Shown: positions 1 to 13,579, numbered from the stretch's first letter. The stretch: DNA of 64,000 bases from the human T2T-CHM13v2.0 reference genome, Homo sapiens (GCF_009914755.1 NC_060927.1), one strand, 5' to 3'. Translations and numbers: made by a program. Notes: generated by a model from the letters alone, not told the origin.

Positions 1-1738
1 AGACAGAATAAGCAGCTTTATCCTTGATTAAGCTCTTTATTTTGTCAAATAACCACAAACATCCTTTAAATAACCATGACAAGATCCACCCCACTCTAGC
101 AGCTGCTCTTGGAACTGTGCAGCTGTGCTATAATCTGGGTTATTGGAAATTCTCAAAACTGTCATCTTATAGCCTATGAAAAGTAAACCAAGGAGTTGGA
201 GAAATTCCACTGATTTCCAGCATAAGCAAAAAGTACCTTGTATTTGCACATGGTGAATCATGTACATGTTTCTTTTTCAGAAAAAAAAATCTCTCCAGTA
301 TTGTTTTGAAATTTTAAAAGGTCTCAGCTATGAGTCTGCAGAACTTTCTGGTGTCATTAAGGAAGCAGGTTACAGGCCAGCATATCTTCAAATAGCTACA
401 CAGGTGTTAGAACTGCATGGTCTTATAAAGAAGACAAGTGTGATTATGGAATCCTGCACACCGCATAGTCATATCTTTCAAGTCCCAGACCTTAGCCAAG
501 AGCAGGTACAACCACTCTGTGGCCATTAGCATGTAACCAGATTACCCTCCAATCAGACAAGTCACTCCAGCACAAGTCAGAAAATATGAAGGAGCAGAAA
601 TACAAATGTTCAAAACTCAGCCTCAAAAGGAGATGTGAAAAATTGCTAAACACTTACATTTTAAAAAACAGATGTCTTGTCTCTAATCGTTTGAAGCCAA
701 TCAAGTCTCTACGTGCATCTACTCAAGTAAAGAACAATGAGGCACCTACGACATTTTTGGATAGCCGTCATATGAGTCCTCTCTAATTTCTTCCTTTCCC
801 TCCTCAAGAACCAAAATAGGTATATATTATCTTTTTTAAAAAACAAAAAGCAATCACTAGGACCTGTTTTATGAAAGCTTGTCCAAGAAAATTGAGTAAC
901 TTTCTCAGTATCATTGTTTATTTCCCAGCTAGGACTAAAGAGGTAATGGGACTAGTTGAAGGTACAGTAGGTTCCCTCTTGTAGGATAGATATACTCAGG
1001 ACCAGTGGATGGCTGTTTAAAGTAAAAGTTGGTCAATATGGACTATTATAAATTGGTTAGTACTTTAAACATTTTAACGAAAACATATAAATATACATCC
1101 ATTCACCAATCTTCAGATATAGGGCAAATTATCACAATATCGCATTCAAATTTCCAATTAGTTTCAGAGCAGGAACGAACACAAAGTCCCTCATCAAGCA
1201 TGTCAAGTGTGCTTTCTAGACTGGTACGATCCCTCCTTCTAATCTCAATTGTCTCATTTACATCTACTTAGACAGCAAGCCCAGTGCCCTGTCCTTACCA
1301 ACACTCCCCAAGCCTTCACCTTAGTTTTCATAGAAATAACTCTCATTCAGACATTTCATTGACTTATATAGTGTCTAATTATATTATATAATTATAATAA
1401 GCATATATTAGATTTACAATAAAAAATAGCTGCAGTAAACAGATTTTTGAAATAAATAATTTAACTAGTGGTAGCAGAAGCACATGGATGTGCTAGAAAG
1501 TAGCCTACAGTTGTGGGAACTACAGGTTTAGTGGCTGTATTAGAAACAGGCTTTAAGAGGGAAAGGAAAACTCCAGCAAATCCAGAAAGTTGATAATTGA
1601 AGATCAGCTAGGAGTGTTTCTATCAAACTAGTTGCGGCACTGGATTGTGCCCATGAGAGAAATAGGCCTAATGAATTCCTTTCCCAAACATAGTTGCAAA
1701 ACACATCACCTGGGTATTTCCAAAATCATCCCATTTCA

Positions 1739-1761
1739 GTGTGTGTGTGTGTGTGTGTGTG
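1739..1761. repeat. (GT)n microsatellite
   Basis: About 11 uninterrupted GT units. Confidence 0.95.
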
Positions 1762-2539
1762 GTGGAAGTGCTCAGAGATGTTTTTAAGCCTTTTAAATTT
1801 TTTATAATTTAAAAAAATGTATGTGAATATATTTTATGTCATCTAGAAAGCCACCTCAAAACTGAATACCGCCTCCCCGAGTGTTACTATTATATCACAG
1901 AATTTAACTTTGTACGTGTTGGTAAGCATGACTGTTATTAGGTCAGTACCATGTAATACCAAACTAATTGTTCTGCACTGTATTTGTATGAATTTATGTT
2001 TGTCAGTAATAATGACAATTTGCCTTTGTCAACATAATCTGTAGTTGAAAGGCCTGTCTTTCATTTAAAAAAAACATACTTCAGTTTAAGATATTAACAC
2101 TGAACCCAATTTGATATAACAGCAACATGGTATAGTGGAGAAATGTACTAATTGCTACAAATAAATAAGAAATAGTATAATTGTATACTTCATGCATAAA
2201 TGTACTCACACCAAATGAAGGAGAAATCACAGTAGTTTATAAGAGTTTAATAGTTCAAATTTTCTACTTAGAGATGAAGAGAATAAAGAAATCTGAGCTT
2301 CAGTCATGTAATTTTAAAATGGGATGCCCAAATCACATCCAGTATTTAGAATGACAGTTTGAGAGCAGAATCAGTGTTTAAAGTATTACTATTTTTCAAC
2401 ACCTGCAAAAATAAAAAACTTCAGATATTTATCCTCTATCATAATTATATTAGATACTACTTTAATTTAGAATTCAACAACAATACAATGACAATCTTAT
2501 CCTGAATAGACATGGAACCTTTGAAGTTAAAGTGATAGC

Positions 2540-2770
2540 TCATTGAGAAGGCATTCTAGGATTGTTTATTGGCAGAGTTTCAGTTAAGGATGAAGTCTAA
2601 TTATGGCAAGCTAGCAAACAAAGCCTCAAAATTGTTAATGATATGCACAGCATACTTATATAAGCAGGCATTCTCTACGTTTGCAGAATTGAAGTTCAAA
2701 TACAGGACCAAATCAAATATGTTATATATAGCAAAATATAATTTAATTTCAACAAAATGTGCATATTAAA
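2540..2770 (+). mobile_element. Degenerate hAT-Charlie transposase C-terminal (dimerization domain) remnant
   Basis: ORF 2569-2769 (AEFQLRMKSNYGKLANKASKLLMICTAYLYKQAFSTFAELKFKYRTK) resembles the hAT C-terminal motif FW...Y..LA.KA.KLL.PF.TTYLCE.AFS.L..IK.KYR.RL. Boundaries uncertain. Confidence 0.5.
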
Positions 2771-2857
2771 TTAGTTCATTTGAATTGTATTGGATTTGAA
2801 AATATTATTTGATTATTTGTAAATTTGCTTTTCTTTCATAGTTGTTTAACAGCTACA

Positions 2858-3018
2858 TCAGATGTGGTAGTGCATGCCTGTAGTCCCTATGTGGGAGGCT
2901 GAGGCAGGAGGATTTGCTCAAGGTCAGGAGTTTGAGGATGCAGTGAGCTATAACCACTCCACTGAACTCCAGCATGGGCGACAGAGCCAGACCCTGTCTC
3001 TAATAACAAAAACAAAAA
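2858..3018 (+). mobile_element. Old Alu monomer (FRAM / AluJ right arm)
   Basis: gcctgtagtccc...gaggctgaggcaggaggat...gcagtgagctat...gggcgacagagccagaccctgtctc followed by an A-rich tail. Confidence 0.8.
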
Positions 3019-3089
3019 GGTTACTTTTAAAATATTTAAACTGTTACTAATTAAAGTAAGAAGTAAGAAGGAAAATGATTAAGAAGAGA

Positions 3090-3742
3090 GGCTGGGCACA
3101 GTGGCTCATGCCTAGAATCCCAGCACACTTTGGGAGGCCAAGGCAGGAGGATTGCTTGAGGGCAGGAGTTCGAGGCCAGCCTGGGCTACATAGCAGGAAC
3201 CCCTCCCGCAATGATATGGTTTGGCTATGTCCCGACCCAAATCTCAACTTGAATCATATCTCCCAGAATTCCCACGTGTTGTAGGAGGGACCCAGGGGGT
3301 TGTAATTGAATCATGGGGGCAGGTCTTTCCTATGCTATTCTCGTGATAGTGAATAAGTCTCACGAGATCTGATGGGTTTATCAGGGGCTTCTGCTTTTGC
3401 TTCTTCCTCATTTTTCTCTTGCCACTGCCATGTAAGAAGTGCCTTTTGCCTCCGCCATGATTCTGAGACCCCCTCAGCCATATGGAACTGTAAGTCCAAT
3501 TAAACCTCTTTTCCTTTCCAGTTTCAGGTATGTCTTTATCAGCAGCGTGAAAACGGAGTAATACACCCATCTTTGCACACACACACAAAATTAGCTGTGG
3601 GGTGGCACATGCCTGTAGTCACAGCTACTTGGGAGGCTGGGGCAGGAGGATCTCTTGAGCCCAGTAGTTCGAGGCTGCCATGTGTTATCAACACTACACT
3701 GCACTTTAGCCTGGATGACAGTGAGACCTCCATCTCAAAAAT
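3090..3742 (+). mobile_element. AluJ split by a THE1A LTR
   Basis: Left arm 3090-3211; linker and right arm 3566-3742, with the AluJ-type gaggatctcttgagccc. Confidence 0.85.
3212..3565 (+). mobile_element. THE1A (ERVL-MaLR) solo LTR
   Basis: tgatatggtttggct...aatctcaacttgaat...aattaaacctctt...taataca; TG...CA termini; about 354 bp. Confidence 0.92.
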
Positions 3743-4879
3743 ATTAAAAATTTAACAAATTTTAAAAGAGCTACAGATGCAAGAAGTTGATAAATACACA
3801 TGAATATAAAATACCTAAGTAATAGAAAAATAAAATAGTTTTGCAGCTCCCATGTCTTTGGGTGGCTCCACCAGTCTCTGAGCAGGTTTTTATTGGCACC
3901 ACACAGTGTTCCAGTCTCACTTGTGCCCAGGACTCTAATCAGGCACTTCTCCAAAGAAAGAATTGGGAAAGTAAGATCTGTTCACTAAGTATGTCGTTGC
4001 TGCTGTGGTGCCACTGCTTACATGCTCTTCCAAGAGACAGAACTGATAAATGTATTTTTAATAGATCATAAATTCATATTGATCAGTTCATACTGATATC
4101 TCCAATTCAAGTTCATTAACACAAGATTCTCCCTCACTTTCCTCATTCCATCTTCATTTTTCCTTTTTCCTGTAGTGAGGACCCTCATTCCTAAAGTCAG
4201 TATTTGTACACATATACTCTATCATACCATACATACAAAACAGTTTCAGAATTAACTGAATTAACAGTTAGTTCAATACTACAACTAACCTCAATACATA
4301 AAAGTAAAGTTCAAGATTTCTGTCCTGCCTGTACCTGCACCCGTACCTTCCTAGACAATTCAGGCCCAAAGCCATTCAAGGAGGTGGAGGCATCTGTATG
4401 TGATAGGGGGAGCCAGAGTGGCCCAGTGTGGGGAGTGGAAGCTCACCCAGGGTTCCTGAAACCCCTTCAGGTAATCTACAAGGTTAAACTATTTTCAGAA
4501 TAACACTAAGGTAACTTGCCTTTTGCACTTACATCATCTCATGAGTATACTTTGGAGTTTACCAAAAACTTCAGGACATCATAACTGCGTGAGGCTGGGT
4601 TTTCTCCCACCAAAGTAGTATAATGGGATACTTGAATATAATCTAGCTGCCTTCCAATAAGCTAGACATCTGAGGTTTATAGAAACATAAAACAATGCCA
4701 CACTTCTCACTAAATTATTTGTTTTGGGAAATAATTACTTTCCATAAAGATATTTCATTTATGTTAACATGTAATGGGTTTATGAGTTATAACATGAGTT
4801 AACATGTATGGGTTTATAACTTTTGATGAGTTAGTTTTTATTTTTAAAATTTTAATAAATATTTTTAAAATTTACAAGT

Positions 4880-5385
4880 TTTTTCTTGTTTAAATATGAT
4901 TATAATGATTATTTTACACATTTAATGGGTATAAGTGCCATTTTGTTACATAGATATATTGCATATCAGTGAACTCTGGGCTTTCAGCGTAACCATCACC
5001 CAAATAGTATACATTGTATCAATTAAGTAATTTCTCATCTTCTAGACATCTCCAATGTCTACGATTCCACTATGTCCCTGTGCACACATTGGATAACTAT
5101 ATGCAGGAGAATGAAACTGGACCCTCATCTCTCACCATATACAAAAATTAACTCAACATGGATGAAAGACTTAAAGGTAAAACCTGAAACTATACAAATA
5201 CCACAAGAAAATCTAGGAAAAAACTCTTCTGGACATTGGCCTGGGCAAATAATTCATGACTAAAACCTCAAAGGCAAATGCAACAAAAACAAAATAGGCA
5301 AAAGAAATTTAATCAAACTAAAAAGCTTCTGCACAACAAAAGAAGTAAACAACAGAATGGACAGCCAACCAGCAGAATGAGAGTT
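4880..5385 (-). mobile_element. L1MA insertion with 5' inversion (twin priming)
   Basis: 4880-5090 is an L1MA 3'UTR plus A-tail on the minus strand. 5090-5383 is L1 ORF2 C-terminal sequence on the plus strand ([22 protein letters not shown]). agtttt occurs on both sides. Confidence 0.8.
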
Positions 5386-5434
5386 TTATTTTCTAATATG
5401 GTAAATATTAATAGAGCTAACCTACATAAACTAA

Positions 5435-5790
<356 letters not shown>

Positions 5791-5859
5791 AGGAGTCCTC
5801 CATAATTTTTAAGAGCGTAAACAGTCTTGGAAGCTGGGGAAGTGAATTGAGAACTACTT

Positions 5860-6310
5860 CTTTAATGCAATGGCAAAGAAATAAGGGTGAGGGAGAACTG
5901 TAACAGATAAGAGACTTACATAATAACCAAACGTAATGAACGTGTGTCTTTTGGATCCTAATTTTAAGAAATCAACTATACAAAGACATTTTTGAGATAT
6001 CAGGAAAATGTAATTATGTACCAAGTACTATTAGATGACATTAAGGGATTTTAATCTTGCTAGATATGATAAAGGCACAGTGATTATGGGAGAAAACACC
6101 TGTCCTTATCTGTTGTATATGCCTTCTGAAATAGTTACAGGTGAAATGAAATGATAAAATTTTCTTTAAAACACTTCAGAAGAAGACAAGTAGATGAAAC
6201 AAAGTTGGCAACTACTGACAATGTAAAATTTGAGTGCTGGATATATGAATTAATGATAATATCTCTACATCAGTGTATCATTGAAATTTTCCAAAACAAA
6301 CTTTACAAAG
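5860..6310 (+). mobile_element. Old L1M (ME/MC) 3'UTR fragment
   Basis: ttggatcct...aaagacatttttgaga...ttagatgacattaaggga...ttgaaattttccaaaa resembles old L1M 3' ends. Confidence 0.55.
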
Positions 6311-7087
6311 AGAAACAACAAAAACTTAAATGATGCTCAGTTTAAGATTTCCAAGGGAACATATTTTATAGAGGTTCAAATTTAATTTTCAATTGATAAA
6401 TGTCAATTTCTACTTTCTCCTCAAAGCCATGTTTAATTAAAAGGACATCAATAGGCTGAGCACAGCTAGAAAATAATGAGAATTTCAACAGATGGTCATG
6501 TATTCTTTCCTCTACTTGACTTCAAAAATTTCCCCAGATTACTCTACAAATACCTATGACTGTATGGAAAATCCCAGGAAATTCTGAAGTTACAAAATAA
6601 ATTTAGTACTGGAATAGGGAGTGTGTAAACTAATTAGGGAGATCCTTGTAATGAAAATAATTTATAGCAAACTTGAAGTAAGCCCTTTTATTCTTAACCA
6701 AGTAAGATCAGTAACATGTTTTCTTGACAAAAAATGGAAGCTTGCTCATATATTAGAGTCTCCTGATAACAGGTGAATTAATTTTATGAAGTAACCTATC
6801 TTATCTTCTGGAAAGCAGGACTCTGTGAGGGAGGGAGGAAGGGAGGGAGGGAGAGAGGGAGAAAGAGAGAGAGAATGAAAGAATAGGGTTCCTGCCCTGT
6901 ATTCTAGTTAGAGATCTAAGAGACAAGAAGACTTGACTCTACAAAGTGCCTAAATGTGTGAGACAGGATAAAAGTTTCACCATGTGCCTGAGCAATCTGA
7001 GAAATCTTCCTGAAAAACTGGAATTCAACTTTGAAGTATGGGTTCAATTCAAAAGAGCAGAAATGAAGACCATTCCAGGTGAGGCAC

Positions 7088-7632
7088 TGTTGGGAAAAGG
7101 GCTTGTGGGGTGCCTACATAAACTGGCCATAAAAATATGGGACAATAAGTTAGAAAAAGCCACAAAAGGCCTCTGATGAGGAAAGCCTCCTAATTGCCAT
7201 CATGTTCCCATCCTCAGAGTGAAACCTGCTTTCTTATCTGTAAACACTGTGTTCAAAAAAAAAAAAAAAACCACTCCTTTAAAACATTAAAATGTGAACA
7301 AACGTGCAGACTCCTAGTTAAGCCCGTTCCCACTAAGTTAAAGATATACTGTTTAAGCACAAAAAAAACTCATTTAAACCACTATTGCTACAAATTATGC
7401 CTATAACAGATTGCCTCCTTTTCACTGTTTCACCCTAAACATCTGCTTCTTAAATCTAAGTAATTATACTCAATGAATAGTATAAAAACCAAAGCTCTAG
7501 GCCTTTTACACTTCCATATTTTACACTGGCCCCCTGGCTCCCCACCTTTACTCTTAACCTGTCTCTTCTCAATCCTTTGTTGCCACCAAACTTTAAATAC
7601 CCTACGGGTGGTATTAAGGCTGGTCCCCAACA
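7088..7632 (+). mobile_element. HERV-K (ERV2) solo LTR, LTR14-like (HML-1), G-to-A hypermutated
   Basis: TGTTGGGAAAAGGGCTTG...GGCTGGTCCCCAACA termini; perfect 6-bp TSD aggcac (7082-7087, 7633-7638), the size typical of betaretrovirus-like ERVs. Confidence 0.85.
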
Positions 7633-9471
7633 AGGCACATAGCAAGAATAAAATCAGAATAAAAGTAGAAAATTCAAGGTATGTTTAAGAAAAATGAGTG
7701 GGTCAGCCTTGCTAAAGCAGAGAGATTGGTGAAGGAATAATAAGGAATAAGTGGGAAAAGGGTCAAGTCCAATTGTGGAAAACCTTGAATGCTAACATGA
7801 GTACCGAGAAAACCATTCTGAGCACAGGAGAGGCAGCAGCACTGCAGGAGATTTATTTGACAGTGCACACAAATTTATTCAGATATGACAAGAAGATATT
7901 ACAGGCAGGATCTAATGGAGTATGGTAAAAAAAAAAATGTGGCTGGCATAGTGGAAGCCAGACTAGAAAGGAAGAAACACAAACAAGACACACAGAGCGG
8001 AAAACAATTAAAATGACTTGATAAGCCTCCTGAAAATTCTTAGATTTAAGACCTTTAATAAAAATCTTAAATGTAGTGAGCTGATGCATGCATTTGCCTC
8101 CATTTTCTCCTAGATACATGGAAGCAAAGGTATGAAGTATAAAAAGAATGAACCCATAATAATAAAAAAGTGGGAGAAAATTAAGTTTCGTCAATGAATA
8201 AGGTATTTCAAAAAACTTGCTAACCATATGATGAGCTGGCAGATAAAACAGGTGGAGAGAGGCCCCATAGCTGTCACTGAGTTGTGGAGGACATGGCCAT
8301 CAATGTGTCCAATAAAACTAAAGAGAGACTCTGAGCTGAGGTCAACAGATAAAGTGGAGGGCATGAGTGTGCAATGGGGCTAAAAACTGAGAGATCCATA
8401 TAAGTCTTCATATGAGACATCTGCACCAGTCAGCGCTCTCCACCCACAACTCACAGCATAGGCATTTACCACCCAGCCAAAATAATGGATGCTTCTTTTC
8501 CAGATAAATTGAAATAAATATTTGCTGAAAGCCAAGGATATTTTCATAGACATTTATATTTCTTTCTAGTACAATTTAGGGGTTGGGGTCTATTCTGTCC
8601 TATAGCAGTCTTTTCACCTCCTCTTGTAATGTAAAGCAAGCCAGTCGATGGAAACTACTCATCCACATAAACTCTTTGTTAAGAATTTCCATTCAGAGAA
8701 GACATTTAACTGAAAAATAAAGCTATGTATAAAATAATGAATATATGAGCAATAAATAGGATAATTGGCATGTGCCAATTATCCTATTCTTTAATCATGA
8801 ATGTAAATAAGCAAACAAGGACCACCAGATAGGCAAAGAGAGTCAAAATTATTGAAGTAAAAGACAATCCCTCTGCCACAAGAAGCAAAAGCAAAACCAA
8901 AAAATAACAAAAGTCCTTGGTAGAAACAAATAGTCCAAGATATAGAAGAGAACTTTTAAAAGATAAAAGAAAAATTTGAAGTTTACTTAGAAGTTGAATC
9001 TACAACACTGGAACACAAGGCAACAAAAAAAAGAAAAGAAAATTAAAGAGAGCTTTTAATAATTTTTTTAAATGCCAAAATAAAATAAAAATTTAGTAGA
9101 ATGACTGGAAAATAAAGTTTTAGTAACATCTCAGAATAAGAAGACAGAGACGTGGATTACATTAAAAATAAAAGACACGGGGAACCAATCCAGGGGATTC
9201 AATTAACAGGAACTTCAGAAAAGGTAAAAAAAAAAATGATAAAGAAAAAATTATCAAAGGGGATAATTTCAGAGATTAAGGACAAATCTTCAGAGTTAAA
9301 GGGTCTGCTAAGTGTGCATTAAAAATACGTCTTGAAAATATAAAAATTATACTTAGATGCACCATTGTAAGATTTTTAGATGAAGAATAAAGAGAAAATC
9401 CTAAATAAAAACAAAATAAAAATCAAACAGGCATGAGACTTCTCATCAGCAACGGTGCATACTAAAACACC

Positions 9472-9958
9472 ATGGTAAATTAAGAATATTAATGGCCCAA
9501 AATAATGATCTCTGTGTATCCACCCTTGCCTTGTAACTGTTTTCTCTTATCTGACTCTGAGTTCAGCCGTGTGACTTGCTTAGGCCAATGGGATGGTTAG
9601 AAAAGGTGCTTATGTACTTCCACTCTTTCTCTTATATCCCTGCCACTATCGTGGGAACATACCCAGGCTAGCCTACTGGGAGAATAAGAGAATTACATGA
9701 GAGACAGCTGAGTCATTTCAGGTGATCTCATCCTACACCCTCCTATAACTAGCCAATTCCCAAACATATAATAATCTCATAAATGATCAGCAGAGTTGTA
9801 TAGCTACTCAGTTGACCAAAGACTCACGAGTAGTCCAACTGAAACCAAAGGAACCATCCAGGCAACTCAGACTTGGGAGCAATGGTTGGGTTTTTTGAAG
9901 CTACCACATTTAAGGTACTTTGTTGTACATCATTTTGTGGAAATAGGTAACAGATAGA
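9472..9958 (+). mobile_element. MLT1G/H-like MaLR LTR
   Basis: gtgtgacttgcttaggccaatgg, cccaggctagcctactgg, and a terminal aataggtaacagata. Confidence 0.7.
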
Positions 9959-11280
9959 AATACAAAGGATCAGTGCTGTCAAAATTTTGAGGGAGTTTTA
10001 AATCTAAAACTCAATACCCAGACCAACTATCAATTAAGAGTGAGGCAAGAACAAGATATTTTACAAATGTAAGAACATGTATCCATTCTCTTCTCACGTA
10101 CCATTTTTTTTTTCAAAAAAATTACTTGAGAATGTTTTCCAGAAAAATAAGGGACAAAGCAACATAGAATGAGGCACTGCATCTAGAAAACAGTGAATCC
10201 AATCCAGAGTGTTCCAGGATAAAATCTGTGCAATAGGCCCAAGGAGAATGTCAAATGATTAAGGGGCACAGGCTCTGAGAAGGAGATGTCCGGGGGAAAA
10301 AAAAGACGCACTAAAAGAGTAATATGACTGAGAGATTAGAAAATAGTGAAAATGTGTTACAAAAATAGGATAGGAGGGCCATCAGTGAAAATGGCAAGTG
10401 AGGACATCTAAAATGACTATTCTCCCTAAAAGCAGTAAGAGTACTGGTAAAACTTCTTAGAATCAACTTTTTCAGAACTCTGGAAATTAATAAAAGGCTT
10501 GCTGCAATGTAGGAAACATGTATTCAAGAAAAGCAGTTAGATCTCAGTAATAGTAAGTTTTATGGCCTCTTAATTTGCCCCATTTCTATCTCCCACTCTT
10601 TAGCTCTGTAATAGCTTTGAAAACTACCCACAATCACAGTACAAAACAGCAGTCTGGAAGCCACTGGATGGGGCTATGCATTCCCAGAGGACTGTCACTA
10701 TTTGGCCCATCTGGGATTCCCTGGAAGACCCTTCTCACAAAGATGCCTTTGTTTAACCTGACTTGGAGCTTATCCAGTGTAACAATTGGATATCCACATG
10801 CAAATAAATAAAGCTGGACATCTATCTCATATAATATTCAAAAATTCACTTAAAATGAATTAAAGACCTAAAAGTAATAGTTAAAACTATAAAACTCTTA
10901 AGCAAGAATGTAAATATAATTTCTGTGACCTTGCATTAGACAATAGTTTCATCGATATTATACCAAAAATGCAAGCAACAAAAGAAAAAGTAGAAAAATT
11001 GGACTTCATCAACATCTAAAATTTTGTGCTTCAAAAGACATTATGAAGATGGTGAAGAGACAATCCACGGATCAGCAAATAAATCATATCTGATAAAGTT
11101 ATAGTATCTGGAATATATAAAGAACTCTTAACAACTAATCAATAAGAAGACAACCCATTTTTTAAAAATGGGCAAAAAATCTGAATAGACATTTCTCCGA
11201 AGATATACAAATAGCCAACAAGCACATGAAAAGATGTTCACTGTCATTAATCATTAGAGAAATACAAATTAAAACCACAA

Positions 11281-11490
11281 GGGCACACATGAACATAGAC
11301 TGTGGAATAATAGACATTAGGAAGGTGGGAGGGAGGTGAGGGATGAGAGATTACTTAATAGTTACAATGTGCACTATTCAGTTGATGGTTACACAAAAAG
11401 CTCATACTTCAACACTACACAATATATCCATGTAACAAAACTGCACTTGTACCTCTTAAATGTATACAAATTTTTAAAAATAAATAAGAA
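11281..11490 (+). mobile_element. L1MA 3'-end fragment nested in L1MB
   Basis: gtggaataatagacatt...gtaacaaaactgcacttgtacc plus A-rich tail, interrupting the host aaaaccacaa|tgagatacca. Confidence 0.75.
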
Positions 11491-11870
11491 AACAATGAGA
11501 TACCAATTCACACCACTAAGATGACTATAAATTAAAAAAGAGATAATAACAAGTGTTGGCAAGGATATGGAGAATGGAACCCTCATTGCTCTTGGGAATG
11601 TAAAATGATGCAGCTGCTTTAGCAAATAGTCTGACAGTTTCTCAAAAGGTTAAGCATCAAATTATTGTATGATCCAGCAATTCCACTTTTAGGTATATAC
11701 ACAAAGGAAATGAAAAGGTATGTTCACACCAAAACTTGTGCATGTATATTCATAGTGGCAAAATTGTTAATAGCCATCAATAGAAATAATCTAAATTTCT
11801 ATCAACTGATAATAAACAAAACGTGGTATATCTACATAATTGAATATTATTTAGTCACAAAAAGAAATGA

Positions 11871-12161
11871 GGGCGGGCGCAGTGTCTCATGCCTGTAATC
11901 CCAGCACTTTGGGAGGCCGAGGCAGGTGGACCACCTGAGGTCAGAAGCTAGAGACCAGCCTGGCTAATATGGCGAAACCCCTTCTCTACTAAAAATGCAA
12001 AAATTAGCCGGGTGCAGTGGTGGGTGCCTGTAATCCCAGCTACTTGAGAGGCTGAGGCATGAGAGTCGCTTGAACCCAGGAGGTGGAGGTTGCAGTGAGT
12101 CAAGATCACACCAGGACACTTGAGACTGGGTGACAGAGCAAGACACCGTCTCAAAAAAAAA
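11871..12161 (+). mobile_element. AluSx-like
   Basis: Full dimer; aaaagaaat on both flanks (TSD). Confidence 0.93.
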
Positions 12162-12484
12162 GAAATACTGATTTGTGCTACAATATGGATGAACATGCTA
12201 CAGCATAGATGAGAACATTATGCTAAGTCAAAGAATTTAGATGCAAAAGGGGATATAGTTTATGATTCCATTTATATTAAGTGTCAAAAAATAGTCAAAT
12301 CCAAAGTAGACTGATAGTTGCCAGGGACTGGGTCCGGGGAGGAATGGGACATGACTGCTAAAGGGGTTTCTTTTTTAGATGATGAAAATATTCTGGAATT
12401 AGTGGTAATGGTTGCACAACTTTGTGAAAATACTAAAAGCCACTGAACTGGACACTTTAAAGGTTTAAATTGTGTGATATGTAA

Positions 12485-12785
<301 letters not shown>

Positions 12786-13579
12786 CATAGCTCAATTTTA
12801 AAAAGTAATAATGAAGGATAAGAATCACAAAGTTTCCTCCCCACAAAATGTCACATTCTAAATATTGACTGAAGTGGAAAGTGATGTTAGGCAATTGGTA
12901 CAATATAAGAAAAGAGACCTGGAAACAGAGAACAAGTTCCTTCAGCACCTGGGGATATCAACATTGAATTTTGGGGGAAAGAAATTAATAGGAACCCACA
13001 TGATACATACAATAATGTTATAGTAATGTAGGCAATTTTTTTTGGTTTTCAACCTTTAGAGATGATCAAATGCAGCAAACTTGTAAAGTGGTTGCAGACA
13101 GAAGGTAACTGTGGCCTATGATAAGGGTACAGGAGAGAGCAGAGGCACTGATGTTCTTATTTTACAAAGAGAGATCAAGAAATAATATCAGGAGCTGAAG
13201 AACAAGAAATAGATGCTCACAGAGATTAAAGTAACAAAAGAAAAAAATAAAATAATTAAAATCACAAATACAATATCAAAACTTCAGAAGAAGACGAGAG
13301 TAAAGAATCTAAAGGCTCATCTTTTACATTGGGGCATAAATAGAGATGGTCTGAAGTTGATAATTCAATAATTAAATAAAGGTATAAGCACATTGCCTAC
13401 AGTTTTTGAAGTAACCACTAGGACAATAAAAACTGTTTAAACATATTTCCTGTGAGAGTGGAAGAACAGATGGGCAAGGGGGAAGCAGAAAACTGTTGCT
13501 TTTTAGAAGCTCTTCTCTACTCATTTGATGCCATGTACCTGTATTTGTTTATTTGAAAGTAGTTCATTAGGAGTTTTAC

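Noticed and set aside
260-529. 89-aa ORF with possible acceptor at 320 as a coding exon
   Set aside because: No recognisable protein similarity, weak pyrimidine tract and no linked exons; cannot be supported.
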